Assembly (NCBI GenBank): GCA_038087875.1
Contig: JAXLNO010000289.1
Coordinates: forward strand, 53,533-73,532
DNA from: Malacoraja senta
Lineage: Eukaryota
Direction of reading: 5' to 3'
DNA length: 20,000 bases
The position numbers and the translations under genes were made by a program. Numbering within the stretch: position 1 is the stretch's first letter; the number at the start of each line of letters is the position of its first letter. This document shows, piece after piece, positions 1-10,489 of the stretch. The notes under the pieces were generated by a model, which saw nothing but the letters and a program-made list of their open reading frames with translations, had not been told where the DNA came from and searched no databases.

Positions 1-206
1 CTGCCACAGAATGTAGTTGAGGCTAGTTCATTGGCTATATTTAAGTGGGAGTTAGATGTGGCCCTTGTGGCTAAAGGGATCAGGGGGTATGGAGAGAAAG
101 CAAGTACAGGATACTGAGTTGGATGATCAGCCATGATCATATTGAATGGCGGTGCAGTCTCGAAGGGCCGAATGGCCTACTCCTGCACCTATTTGCTTTG
201 TTTCTA
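1..206 (+). mobile_element. CR1 LINE 3' end (ORF2 C-terminus and 3' UTR)
   Basis: Frame 1 reads LPQNVVEASSLAIFKWELDVALVAKGIRGYGEKASTGY*, matching the CR1 ORF2 C-termini at 3240-3340 and 5514-5640. It is followed by a 3' UTR (GGGCCGAATGGCCTACTCCTGCACCTATTT) homologous to the reverse complement of 1215-1262. Confidence 0.85.
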
Positions 207-284
207 CCTTTAATTGGACATTACTGGACTTTATCTGCGCTAAACATTATTCCCTTAATCCTGTATCTGTACACTGTGGACGGC

Positions 285-557
285 TGAGACACAGAAATCC
301 GGAGGAACTCAGCAGGTCAAACAGCATCTCTGGAGAAAAGGAATAGGTGACGTTTCGGGTCAAGACCCTTCTTCAGACCTAGAGAAAAGGAATACATGAC
401 ATTCGGGGCGCGACCCCTCTACAGACCAGAGAAGGAATAGGTGAAGTTTCGGGTAGAGACCCTTCTTCAGATTGATGCTTCCTGACCCGCTGAGTTACTG
501 CAGCTTTTTGTATCTATCTTCAGTTTTAAACTAGCATCTGCAGTTCCTTCCTACACA
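285..557. repeat. Short interspersed repeat with imperfect inverted arms and three internal ~47-bp tandem units, probably Penelope-like-element derived
   Basis: GGAACTCAGCAGGTCAAACAGCATC (~304-328) is an imperfect inverted repeat of GATGCTTCCTGACCCGCTGAGTTAC (~474-498). Between them are three copies of GAGAAAAGGAATAGGTGACGTTTCGGGTCNAGACCCTTCTTCAGAC (333-379, 381-427, 428-472). The family assignment is inference. Confidence 0.6.
344..381 (-). ncRNA. Minimal type I hammerhead ribozyme-like motif
   Basis: Minus strand reads TAGGT-CTGAAGA-A-GGGTC-TT-GACCC-GAAAC-GTC-ACCTA: CUGANGA and GAAA cores, stem II GGGTC/GACCC, palindromic ACGT stem III, GUC cleavage triplet, and stem I TAGGT/ACCTA. Confidence 0.6.
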
Positions 558-779
558 TTTTGACTGGACGGCTGGAAAGCACGCTACAAAAAAGCTTTTT
601 GGTACACGGGACAAGAAACTAGACTAAACTAGATGGGGAAGATGTTCCGAATGTTTTTCCCCATGGTAGTTGTGGAGGTGGAGAGACACATAGAGGAAGA
701 AGGTTCTAAATAGCTGCTAAAGGAATAGTCAATTGCACAGGGATTAAAATTCATGAATGGGCTGGGGCCAGAGTTAGAG

Positions 780-1105
780 AGATTTTGTGTTATATATATA
801 TAACCTGGACGTAAATACAGATGGGTTGGTGAGTAAGATTGCTAATTACACAAATTAGGAGTTGCAGACAGCGAGAAATGCTGTCAGAAGATAGCAGAAC
901 ATAGACCAGCTGCAGACAGGGGCAGAGAAATGGCAGATGGAATTTAACCCGAGCAAGTGATGCACTTTGAGATGTTAAATGTAAGGGGAGAGTATACAGT
1001 TAATGGCATGACCATTAACAGCATTGATGTGCAGAGGGATCTTGGAGTCCAAGTTCATAGCTCACTGAAGGAGGCAGCACAAAGTAGACAAGGTGGTTAA
1101 GAAGG
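780..1105 (+). mobile_element. Degraded CR1 ORF2 fragment (RT C-terminal part)
   Basis: Broken translation with IDQLQTGAEKWQMEFNPSK and VQRDLGVQVHSSLK-like segments, homologous to VQRDLGVLVHQSLK in ORF 3739..3954. Confidence 0.7.
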
Positions 1106-1111
1106 TGTCAT

Positions 1112-1203
1112 AAATGATAGGAGCAGAATTAGGGCCATTCAGCCCATCAAGTCTATTCCGCCATTCATTCATGGCTGATCTATCTCTCCCTCCTAATCCC
1201 ATT
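1112..1203 (-). mobile_element. CR1-type 3' UTR fragment (LINE or CR1-tailed SINE)
   Basis: ATAGGAGCAGAATTAGGGCCATTCAGCCCATC...CCGCCATTC...CATGGCTGATC is similar to the reverse complement of the CR1 3' UTR at 120-195. Confidence 0.65.
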
Positions 1204-1262
1204 AAACATAGAAACATAGAAAATAGGTGCAGGAGGAGGCCATTCGGCCCTTCGAGCCAGCA

Positions 1263-3186
1263 AGGCCAAGGCAAGGCAAGTTTATTTGTATAGCACCTTT
1301 CAATCACAACGTAATTCAAAGTGCTTTACACAAAACATTTAAAGCATTTGAAAGAAAACACATATAAAATGACATTTAGATATAAAATGATTATTAGATT
1401 AGTCAGATAAAATAATTACAAAATTAAAAGCAATCAAATAAAATATTTAAAATAGAATAAAAACCAGGAATAGAAGTTACAGTGCAGTATAGGTAATTAA
1501 TAAATTGTATTGTTTACTGAAAGGCAGCGGCAAACAGAAAAGTCTTCAGTCTAGATTTAAAAGAGCTGAGAGTTGCAGCAGACCTGCAGTTTTCTGGGAG
1601 TTTGTTCCAGATATGTGGTGCATAAAAACTAAATGCTGCCTCTCCATGTTTAGTTCTGACTCTGGGGACACAGAGCAGACCTGTCCCAGACGATCTGAGA
1701 GGTCTGGGTGGTTCGTAGCTAAGCAGAAGATCAGAAATGTATTTTGGCCCTAAAATATTCAGTGCTTTGTAAACCAACAGTAGTATTTTGAAATCAATTC
1801 TTTGACAGACAGGAAGCCAGTGTAAAGACCTCAGAACTGGAGTAATGTGATCTACCTTTTTGGTCTTAGTGAGGACTCGAGCAGCAGCGTTCTGAATTAA
1901 CTGCAGCTGTCTGATCGACTTTTTAGGGAGACCTGTAAAGACACTGTTACAGTAGTCGAGCCTGCTGAATATAAATGCATGGACAAGTTTTTCCAAATCC
2001 TGCTGAGACATGAGTCCTTTAATCCTTGATATATTCTTTAGGTGATAGTAGGCTGACTTTGTGACTGTTTTTATGTGGGTGTTGAAGTTCAGGTCTGAGT
2101 CCATGACTACTCCTACGTTTCTGGCTTGGTTTGTTGTTTTTAGCATTACCATTTGAAGCTGGGTGCTAACTTTTAATCGTTCTTCCTTGGCTCCAAAAAC
2201 AATTATTTCAGTTTTTTCTTTGTTTAATTGGAGAAAATTCTGGTTCATCCAATCGTTGATTTCCTCAATGCATCTACTCAATGCTTGTATTGGACTATAG
2301 TCTCCTGGTGATATTGTTATGTAGATTTGTGTGTCGTCTGCGTAACTATGGTAACATATTTTGATGTTTTTCATGATCTGAGCCAGTGGAAGCATGTAGA
2401 TGTTAAACAGAAGAGGCCCCAGAATGGAGCCCTGGGGAACTCCACATGTAATTTTTGCACGCTTAGATGTGTAATTACCTATAGACACAAAGTAGTCCCT
2501 GTCCTTCAAGTAGGATTCAAACCATTTTAATGCTGTGCCTGAAAGTCCCACCCAGTTTTCCAGACGGTCTAGTAATATGTTGTGATCGACTGTGTCGAAT
2601 GCAGCACTGAGATCTAGTAATACTAAGACTGAAATTTTGCCATTGTCTGTGTTTAAGTGAATGTCATTGAAGACCTTAACAAGAGCCGTCTCGGTGCTGT
2701 GATGTGGTCTAAATCCTGACTGGAAGATTAAAACAGCTGTTCATTAACATGAAATTGTTCAGCTGCTTAAAAACAGCTTTTTCAATGATTTTACTGAGAA
2801 ATGGGAGGTTTGATATTGGTCTGTAATTGTTCAGTAGTGAAGTGTCTAAGCTTCTTTTTTAAGAGAGGCTTGATAACAGCATTTTCAGGGCCTGTGGGAA
2901 GACACCTGAGAGAAGGGACGTGTTTACAATCTGTAGAAGGTCTGAGGTCATGCAGTTTGATACACCTTTGAAAAGGCCTGTTGGTAGAATATCGAGGCAG
3001 CAGGAGGAGGATTTCAAATGTTGTATAATGTCCTCCAAGGTTTTATGGTTAATAACATAAAATTGTGTCATGGTATTTGAATTGATTATAAGTGGACACA
3101 TGGACAACACATGTCCTGCACCTGATGTGGAGGCACTGACTGCTTGCCTAATTTTCTAAATTTTGTCGGTGAAGAAGGAGGCAAAA
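1263..3186 (-). mobile_element. 5'-truncated L2-clade LINE
   Basis: RT motifs [10 protein letters not shown] and YADDTQIY, and the L2-typical C-terminus SRLDYCNS...QLIQNAAAR...[23 protein letters not shown]. The minus-strand 3' end has TGTAAAGCACTTTGAA...AAAGGTGCTATACAAATAAA followed by a (CCTTG)n tail at 1263-1280. Confidence 0.9.
1514..2551 (-). pseudogene. L2 ORF2 RT and C-terminal region (345 aa open)
   Basis: Uninterrupted ORF with RT motifs. Upstream parts (2730-3186) are disrupted and 5'-truncated. Confidence 0.88.
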
Positions 3187-3938
3187 CCGCCATTCATTGT
3201 GATCATGGCTAATCGTCCCCTATCAATAACCCATGCCTGCCTTCTCCCCATATCCCTTGACTCCACTAGCCCCTAGAGCTTTATCTAACTCTCTTAAATC
3301 GATCCAGTGATTTGGCCTCCACTGCCCTCTGTGGCAGGGAATTCCACAAATTCACAACTCCCTGGGAGAAAAAGTTTTTTCTCACCTCAGTCTTAAATGA
3401 CCTCCCCTTTATTGTAAGACTGTGGCCCCTGGTTCTGGACTCACCCAACATTGGGAACATTTTTCCTGCATCTAGCTTGTCCTGTCCATTTATAATTTTA
3501 TATGTTTCTATGACACCCCCTCATCCTTCTAAACTCCAGTGAATACAAGCCTAGTATTTTCCAATCTTTCTTCATATGACAGTCCCGCCATCCTAGGGAT
3601 CAATCTCGTGAACCTAACCTGCACTGCCTCAATCACAAGGATGTCCTTCCTCAAATTAGGAGACCAAAACTGTACATAATACTCCAGATGTGGTCTCACC
3701 AGAGCCCTCTACAACTGCAGAAGAACCTCTCTACTCCTTTACTGAAATCCTCTTGTTATGAAGGCCAACATTCCATTAGCTTTCGTCACTGCCTGCTGTA
3801 CCTGCACGCCAACTTTCAGTGACTGGTGTACAAGGACACCCAGGTCTCGCTGTACCTCCCACTTACCTAACCTAACCCCGTTGAGATAATAATCTGCCCC
3901 CTTGTTTTTGCAGCCAAATTCGATAACCTCATATTTAT

Positions 3939-4760
3939 CTATATTATACTGCATCTGCCAGGCATCTGCCCACTCACTACCCTGTCCAGGTCACCCTGCA
4001 ACCTCTTAACATCCTCTTCATAGTTCACACTGACACCCAGCTTTGTGTCATCTGCAAACTTCCTAGTGTTGCCCTTAATTCCCTCTTCCAAATCATTAAT
4101 ATATATGGTAAACAGTTGCGGCCCCAACACCGAACCTTGCGGCACTCCACTCGCCACTGCCTGCCATTCTGAAAAGGACCCGTTCACTCCTACTCTTTGC
4201 TTCCGATCTGCCAACCAATTTTCTTTCCATGTCAACACCCTACCCCCAATACCATGTGCTCTAATTTTAGTCACCAGTCTCCCATGCGGGACTTTATCAA
4301 AGGCTTTCTGAAAGTCTAGATACACTACATCCACTGGCACCCCTTCATCCATTTTACTTGTCACATCCTCAAAAAATTCCAGAAGATTAGTCAAACATGA
4401 TTTCCCTTTCATAAATCCATGTTGACTTGGACTAATCCTTTTACTGCTATCCAAATGCCCCATTATTACCTCTTTAATAATTGACTCCAGCATCTTTCCC
4501 ACCACCGAAGACAGGCTAACTGGTCTGTAATTCCCCGTTTTCTCTCTCGCTCCTTTCTTGAAAAGTGGGATAACATTAGCTATCCTCCAATCCACAGGAA
4601 CTGATCCTGAATCTATTGAACATTGGAAAATAATCACCAATGCATCCACTATTTCTAGAGACACGTCCCTGAGGACCCTGGGATGCAGACCATCAGGCCC
4701 AGGGGATTTATCATCCTTCAGTCCCATTAGTCTAAATACTATTTCTCGCCTAATGAACAT
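3939..4760 (-). pseudogene. CR1 ORF2 reverse transcriptase core fragment
   Basis: 273-aa ORF with non-LTR RT motifs (DFQKAFD, PQGSVLGP, FADD). Flanking ORF2 segments are frameshifted. Confidence 0.9.
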
Positions 4761-5510
4761 TTCTTTCAGTTCCTCTACCCCCTTAGATCCTCTGTCCTAC
4801 AGTGCATCTGGGAGATTGTTTGTGTCTTCCACAGTGAAGACAGATCCGAAGTATTCAACTCTTCTGCCATTTCCTTGTTGCCCATAATAATTTCACCCGT
4901 CTGCCTTCAAGGGACCCACATTTGACTTTGGTACTCTTTTTCCTTAACATATCGAAAGAAGCTTTTACTGTCCTTCTTTATATTCCTGGCCAGCTTCCCT
5001 TCGTACTTCATCTTTTCAGCCCGTATTGTCCGTTTTGTTTCCTTCTGTTGTCATATGAAAGTTTCCCAATCCTCTGGCTTCCGGCTACTCTTTGCTGTGT
5101 TATACATCTTTTCTTTTGGTTTTATTCTATCCCTAACTTCTCTTGTCAGCCACGGTTGCCTCCAACTCCCCTTAGAATCTTTCTTCCTTTTTGGAATGAA
5201 ATGATCCTGTGTCTTCCGGATTATGCCCAGAAATTCCTGCCATTGCTGTTCCACCGTCATTCCTGCTAGGATCCCTTTCCAGTCTACCTTGGCCAGCTCC
5301 CCTCTCATGCCTTCATAGTCCTCTTTGTTCAACTGCATCACTGCCACTTCCGATTTAACGTTCTCCTTCTCAAATTGCAGATTAAAACAAATCATATTAT
5401 GATCACTACCTCCAAGCGGTTCCTTTACCTCGAGTTCAATTATCATATCTGGTTCATTGGACAACACTAAATCCAGAATTACCTTTTCTCTGGTCGGCTC
5501 CGTTACAAGC

Positions 5511-5860
5511 TGCTCATTCTCCTGCTTTCTCCCCATAACCCCTGACACCTCTACCAATCAACATTCCATCTATCTCTGCCATAAAAATATCCATTGACTT
5601 GGCCTCCACAGCCTTCTGTGGCAAAGAATTCCACCGATTCACCACCCTCTGATTAAATAAATTCCTCCTCCTCTCCTTCCAAAAGGAACTTCCTTTAATT
5701 CTGAGGCTGTGACACTCTCCCACTAGTGGAAACATCCTCTCCACATCCACTTTGTCCATGACTTTCACTATTCGGCACGTTTCAATGAGGTCCCCCCTCA
5801 TTCTTCTAAACTCTAGCGAGTACAGGCCTGGTGCTATCAAACGTGCATCATATGTTAACC
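5511..5860 (-). mobile_element. Second CR1 ORF2 C-terminal fragment
   Basis: GLYSLEFRRMRGDLIE...FNQRVVNRWNSLPQKAVEA...RGYGEKAGE, a typical CR1 ORF2 C-terminus. Confidence 0.85.
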
Positions 5861-5861
5861 A

Positions 5862-5940
5862 GTATGGGTTAAGCGTATGGTATGCTTGTCTTCTGTGCTA
5901 TGGGGCATTGACTATAAGAGTCAGCAAGTCATGATGCAGC
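5862..5940 (+). mobile_element. Short CR1 fragment abutting the truncated env
   Basis: GGGGCATTGACTATAAGAGTCAGCAAGTCATGATGCAG translates as GIDYKSQQVMMQ, resembling the CR1 'RGIEYKS.EVMLQLY' segment. Confidence 0.5.
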
Positions 5941-6640
5941 GTCGTCAGTGTAATTAATAAACCTCTGTTGATTATAATAAATGTAGTTAATCCATTCCGT
6001 GTTTTTAGCAGGCGTAATCCAGAAAAGTATTGACTCCAGTCCTGCAGCAATCTCGTTCCTGGCTTTAAATTCATTAGGGATTCCTCTCGGTTGTCCTATT
6101 GCATCCAGATGAACCCCGTCAGTTAACGAATCAAATGCTCTTTCCTACGGGTCTGTTTGCACATATCTGTTGGACTTATCACAAGGACAGGTTGTGCCAA
6201 CATCACCCTGGCACACAATCCAGTCCAATGTAGCGGCAGTGTGTTTCTAGGCTTACCTCTGCACATCCAAAACCTATCAGCTACAGCCACATCTGCTGTC
6301 AAAATAGCCTTGCACTGTGGTAGTACAACAGCAACATCTACTTTGGGCATATCTTCAGCCACTTGGTATGGGTCCTGTTGAATACACACCCACACCCTGT
6401 TACAACGGCCGGAAAAGTTCCTACCGGGTGTGTGCCATTCGCTGCAAGGTAGCATTTATACTGTGCTGTAGATGTAATCCCACCCTCTGGTGGCTCTGGG
6501 TAGGGTTTTCTAACCTCTGTGAAGTTCCATAGAGAACAGTGTTCTTTCGCAAGTGTCACTTGTGTCGATCCTGCTGCATTTAAACACTCTATTGGGCAAT
6601 TAGACATGTCTCCCCAGCGTGTCCCTTCGTCTGGGCACTG
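5938..6640 (-). pseudogene. env: ERV env remnant (distal SU, furin site, N-terminal TM)
   Basis: 6120->5941 reads DGVHLDAIGQPRGIPNEFKARNEIAAGLESILFWITPAKNTEWINYIYYNQQRFINYTDD, a conserved class I ERV Env motif. It is preceded by a Cys-rich SU (FWMCRG...LPLHWTGLCA) and by RRK(R) with a 1-nt frameshift at ~6140-6150. Confidence 0.85.
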
Positions 6641-9600
6641 GCGTGGGTCTGCTGGTGAGCATTTTGTGTGGTGTTAGGTGAGTTGTTCGATTGGTTTGCA
6701 TACGACAACTCATTAACGCCAAGGGCAATGCATCAATCCAATTTAATTTAGTAGTTGCACAAATTTTGATTATTTTTGCTTTCAACGTCCCATTCACCCT
6801 TTCCACCATGCTTTGTGATTGAGGGTGGTAGACACAGCCAATCTTTGCTTCACCCTCAGGGCCTGCAGCACCAGCTTAATTGTCTTCTTAACAAAAGCTG
6901 GACCATTGTCGGAGCTAATTATTGCTGGTATGCCAAACCGTGGAATCACCTCATTTGTCAAAAAATTCACCACCGTACCTGTCCCTAGGTCTTTGGAAGG
7001 TACGGCCTCCACCCATCTACTGAATCGATCAATGATTACCAACAGGTATCGCTTACCTCGTACTGTTTTCAACATGTCCACATAGTCGATTACCAGATGT
7101 GTGAATGGCCCCTCGGGCACCGGTGTGTGACCGATAGGTGTCGTTATGCCCTTTCTGACATTATTTTGTGCACATACCTCACACCGGGACAAAAAGTGAT
7201 CTACTGAAGCCTGCAGATAAGGTGACCAAAACCCATCCTTTCTTACCTTTCGTATGACTCCCCCCCCTCGCACAATGGTCCAGTCCATGTGCTTCTGAAA
7301 TAAGACTGGTCAATAAGGTGGTAGGTGCCACTAACAGGCCATTTTCGGTGGTCCATAAGCCGTCCTCGTTTGGCTTGGCTCCCCTCTGCCCCCACATCGT
7401 TTGTTCAGCTAATGTAGCCTGTCCCTGCATTTCAATGATATCCGTCTTTGTAGGCTCTGGTACCACTAACATATGGGGTGCAATTATTTCCGATTGGCAC
7501 CCAGATGCTGTCTTAGCTGCTTCATCCGCTGCTTGATTTCCCTTCGTAACTGTGTCACTGCCCTTTTTATGTGCCTTACATTTAACAATAGGTAATGCCC
7601 TAGGCTTTACTAATGCCTTTATTAGGTCTGAAATGTGTTGGAAATGTTGTATGGGATCCCCATTGCTTTCCTTAAAGCCCCTCTGTTTCCATACTGCACC
7701 AAATAGATGACAGACTCCGTGTGCATAAGCCAAATCTGTGTAGATATCCCCTTTTTCACCTTCCATCATTTCACACGCTGCTGTTAAAGCCTTAATTTCT
7801 GCCAACTGGGCTGAACATGGCTGCTGACAAGCCTCCAACCTAATGGTCTGAACCCTCTTTGTTCCTGTTGCACCACTGCAAATCCTGCATGATTTCCATC
7901 ATGATCCCGATAGCATGATCCATCCACAAACAAGACTTTCTTATCCTCATCAATCAGTGGTTCAGATTGTAAATCCGCTCGTAATTTAGAAAACACCATC
8001 GTCTGACCCACGCAGTCATGGGGCTCCCCCTCATGACCAAGCGGGGCATGGTCAGCTATGTTACTTGTAGTACATCTTTGTATGGTGATATCTGAAAATG
8101 TCAGTAGCATCTGATACGCTGTTATCCTAGCTGGTGTAAGTACAAACCTTCCTTTTTCCAACAACTCTGCCACATTGTGGTGGGTATATATGATCACTCG
8201 ATATCCCATAGTCACAGACGATGCTTTCTCATAAGCACAGTACACCACCGCCAGTCCCTGATAGCAAGGTGGATATCCCTGAGCCACCTCATCCAATTTT
8301 GTACTGTAATACGCAACCGGCTGCTTCGCCTTTCCTACACCTGTTTCCTGTGTCAATACTGCTGTAGCATATCCCTCCTGTCTGTTGGATACATATAAAT
8401 GAAAGGTTTTCTCATAATTAGGCAGGGCCAAGGCTGGAGCCGACTGCAATTCCTGCTTAATTGTGTTAAAAGCCATTTCTGCCTCGTCATTCCACTGCAA
8501 AACATTCTTCAGGCTTGTTTGTCCTGCTTCCTTCATTATCTTTCTCAATGGTGTCACAATCTCAGCATATTCTCCAATTCAGTCCGAACTGTATCCTGCC
8601 ATCCCTAAGAATGTCATCATCTGTCTTACTGTCTGTGGCTTAGGAGCTTTGATTATTGCCTCTACCTGGTTCGGTGCTATAGTTTTAATTCCTTTGGAGA
8701 CCAACCGTCCTAAGTACTCTACCTGCTGCACACAAAACTGCAACTTCTTCCTAGACATTTTATGACCTCCGCACGCCAGCCTCTCCAGAAGAGCCATAGT
8801 ATCTTGCTCACATTGTTCCTCAGTTTCAGAGCAAATCAATAAATCATCCACATACTGTATCAGCGTACTGTCTAAGGCTACGCCTTCCAAATCTGCCTTT
8901 AGTACCTGATTGAACACATGAGGCGAATGTTTGAATCCCTGCGGCATCCTAGTGTAAGTATATTGAACACCCCTATAGGTAAAAGCAAACAGATACTGAC
9001 ACTGGTCTGCTAATGGCACACTGAAGAACGCTGAACACAGATCAATCACTGAAAAGTAAGCTACTTCTGGTGGAACATCGGTCAGCAATGTGTGCGGATT
9101 CGGAACCACCGCTGGCCAATCTCTCACCACCTCGTTCACTGCTCGCAAATCATGTACTAGTCTCCACCTTGACTTGTCTGCCTTTAAAACGTAACAGTCG
9201 AGTGTTGCAGGGACTATGTGTTTTGATAAGCACTCCCACCTCCACCAGACCCTGTATAGTTGGCGCTATGCCGTCCTCTGCCTCTGGCTTCAGAGGGTAC
9301 TGTGGTCTCCGGGGTGGAACTGCTCCGTGTTTTAATCTTATCTCTACCGGACTTGCAGACTTCACCAGTCCCACATCTGTGTCATGTCGCGACCACACGC
9401 TAGCTGGCAACTCATTCAGCCTTTCCTCCTGTGTCTGACCTACTGTTTTAAGCACAAGAAGCTGTCGCTGGGGGTTAATTTCAACCTCTTTCATCATACC
9501 TATCATGTCTATAGTAACTGTTATCTTGATGTAATTACTGTCTTCAGACATCCATACTTTTGGAGCAATCCTTCTCCAGTTTCTAACAGTGCCTGCTTGT

Positions 9601-9747
9601 CTCACCAGGGGTCCCAATTCCCTAAACTGATATCCCTTATTTACAAGCAATGTCACGTGAGGTGCAGCCCCCACCACCCTGTACCATTTTTCCAGGAAGG
9701 TGTCCCATTCAATCTGCAAGGCTGCCCCCTTTTTTCCAATTATTACT
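6630..9747 (-). pseudogene. pol: ERV pol: 2H-like domain C-half, RT, RNase H, integrase (frameshifted; IN C-terminus missing)
   Basis: RT: PQYPL, IDLCSAFFSVPL, MPQGFKHSP, QYVDDLLI, FLGMAGY. RNase H: LFVDGS, SAQLAE, YTD, KCKAH, GNQAADEAAK. IN: HGLDH...[26 protein letters not shown]. Confidence 0.93.
9609..9747 (-). repeat. Inverted duplication C (139 bp), reverse complement of 13596-13735
   Basis: Direct comparison by eye shows identity except a 6 vs 7 nt A/T run (9730-9735 vs 13608-13614). Confidence 0.95.
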
Positions 9748-9989
9748 TGGCTTTACGGAATGATAGCAGAAGTCATCCGTGAAGTCATGTACAACGTAAA
9801 GTTGAGGGAGGGAAGAGTTGTGCGTCATCATGTAGATCAAATGAGAGCATACTTGCCAAAAGGTGACGAGCACACCAACTTCCAGCGAAGAGAAGTGGTT
9901 CAACCAAGCGAGGAGCCAATGATAGTTCTGCCTACTCCAACTGAAGGTGTAGATTCTGAAAGAACTTCAGAGAGTGACGAACCTCTAGC

Positions 9990-10161
9990 CCATAGTAATA
10001 AAAGCTGCTTGTTTCTATGGATCGGAGAGCAATTAGAGAACGGACAAATGGTGTCATCTCTGACTGTACCCGCTGATGTTTTCAAAAAAGGCTTTCGTCT
10101 TCTTGAAGAATTCTCCGAGTCTGTATCATCTTATCTAACTTTAAGTCTTAGAACCATGACA
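9990..10161 (+). mobile_element. Remnant of ERV 5' LTR (distal U3-R-U5); mirrored at ~14161-13989 on the minus strand
   Basis: Ends ...CCATGACA, 4 nt before the PBS. TATA-like TAATAAAAG at 9996. AATAAA is intact in the minus copy (TTTATT at 14061-14066) and is AAAAAA in this copy. The 5' boundary is approximate. Confidence 0.6.
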
Positions 10162-10165
10162 AAAT

Positions 10166-10183
10166 TGGCGCAGCGAGCAGGGT
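10166..10183 (+). promoter_or_regulatory. ERV primer-binding site, tRNA-Ser
   Basis: TGGCGCAGCGAGCAGGGT is the complement of ACCCTGCTCGCTGCG-CCA, the 3' end of vertebrate tRNA-Ser(UGA) as I recall it. Confidence 0.8.
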
Positions 10184-10489
10184 AGGATAGAGGTCCGTTC
10201 GGCAGAGGACGACCAGCCAAGGGCGCTTCCTCGCCCCACGGGGCTCCCCGGGACAACAGGAAAAGGGTGGCCACCCGTAAAAAGGTAAGCGATTTTCCGC
10301 TTTATTTGGACTAGTAACCTGTTGAAACGGGGACCACTGGGGGCACAGACGCGTCTGGGTGATCGAGAGGGCCTCTCCTACCCAACGAATCTGGCACTAA
10401 ATTGTTCTAAAAAAGAGACCCGGAGGGTTGCAATGTTTGGTGAGTAATAATATCTGTGATAAGTACAGCATTGCATTGTGTGATATTAT

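Larger units (their letters stand above)
1204..5510 (-). mobile_element. 5'-truncated CR1 LINE, split by an L2 insertion (pieces 1204-1262 and 3187-5510)
   Basis: (AAACATAG)n tail at 1204-1222. The 3' UTR ...GAGCCAGCA (ends 1262) resumes as CCGCCATTCATTGTGATCATGGC at 3187. ORF2 remnants include the endonuclease end (LDLVLSN, LGGSDH), KSPGPDG, NYRPVSL, YLDFQKAFD, GVPQGSVLGP and KFADDTKL. Confidence 0.9.
9744..10415 (+). repeat. Inverted duplication A (~672 bp), reverse complement of 13735-14407; contains Gypsy IN tail, ERV LTR remnant, PBS and proximal leader
   Basis: ORFs 9700..10185(+) and 14062..14448(-) share near-identical peptide. About six nucleotide differences were seen by eye. Confidence 0.95.

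Noticed and set aside
4045..5269. Plus-strand ORFs overlapping CR1 (and similar antisense ORFs over pol and Gypsy)
   Set aside because: Shadow ORFs antisense to recognisable retroelement coding sequence, with no independent motifs.
9700..10185. 161-aa ORF as a novel accessory gene
   Set aside because: A chance fusion of antisense pol, duplicated Gypsy IN tail and LTR sequence across the breakpoint.
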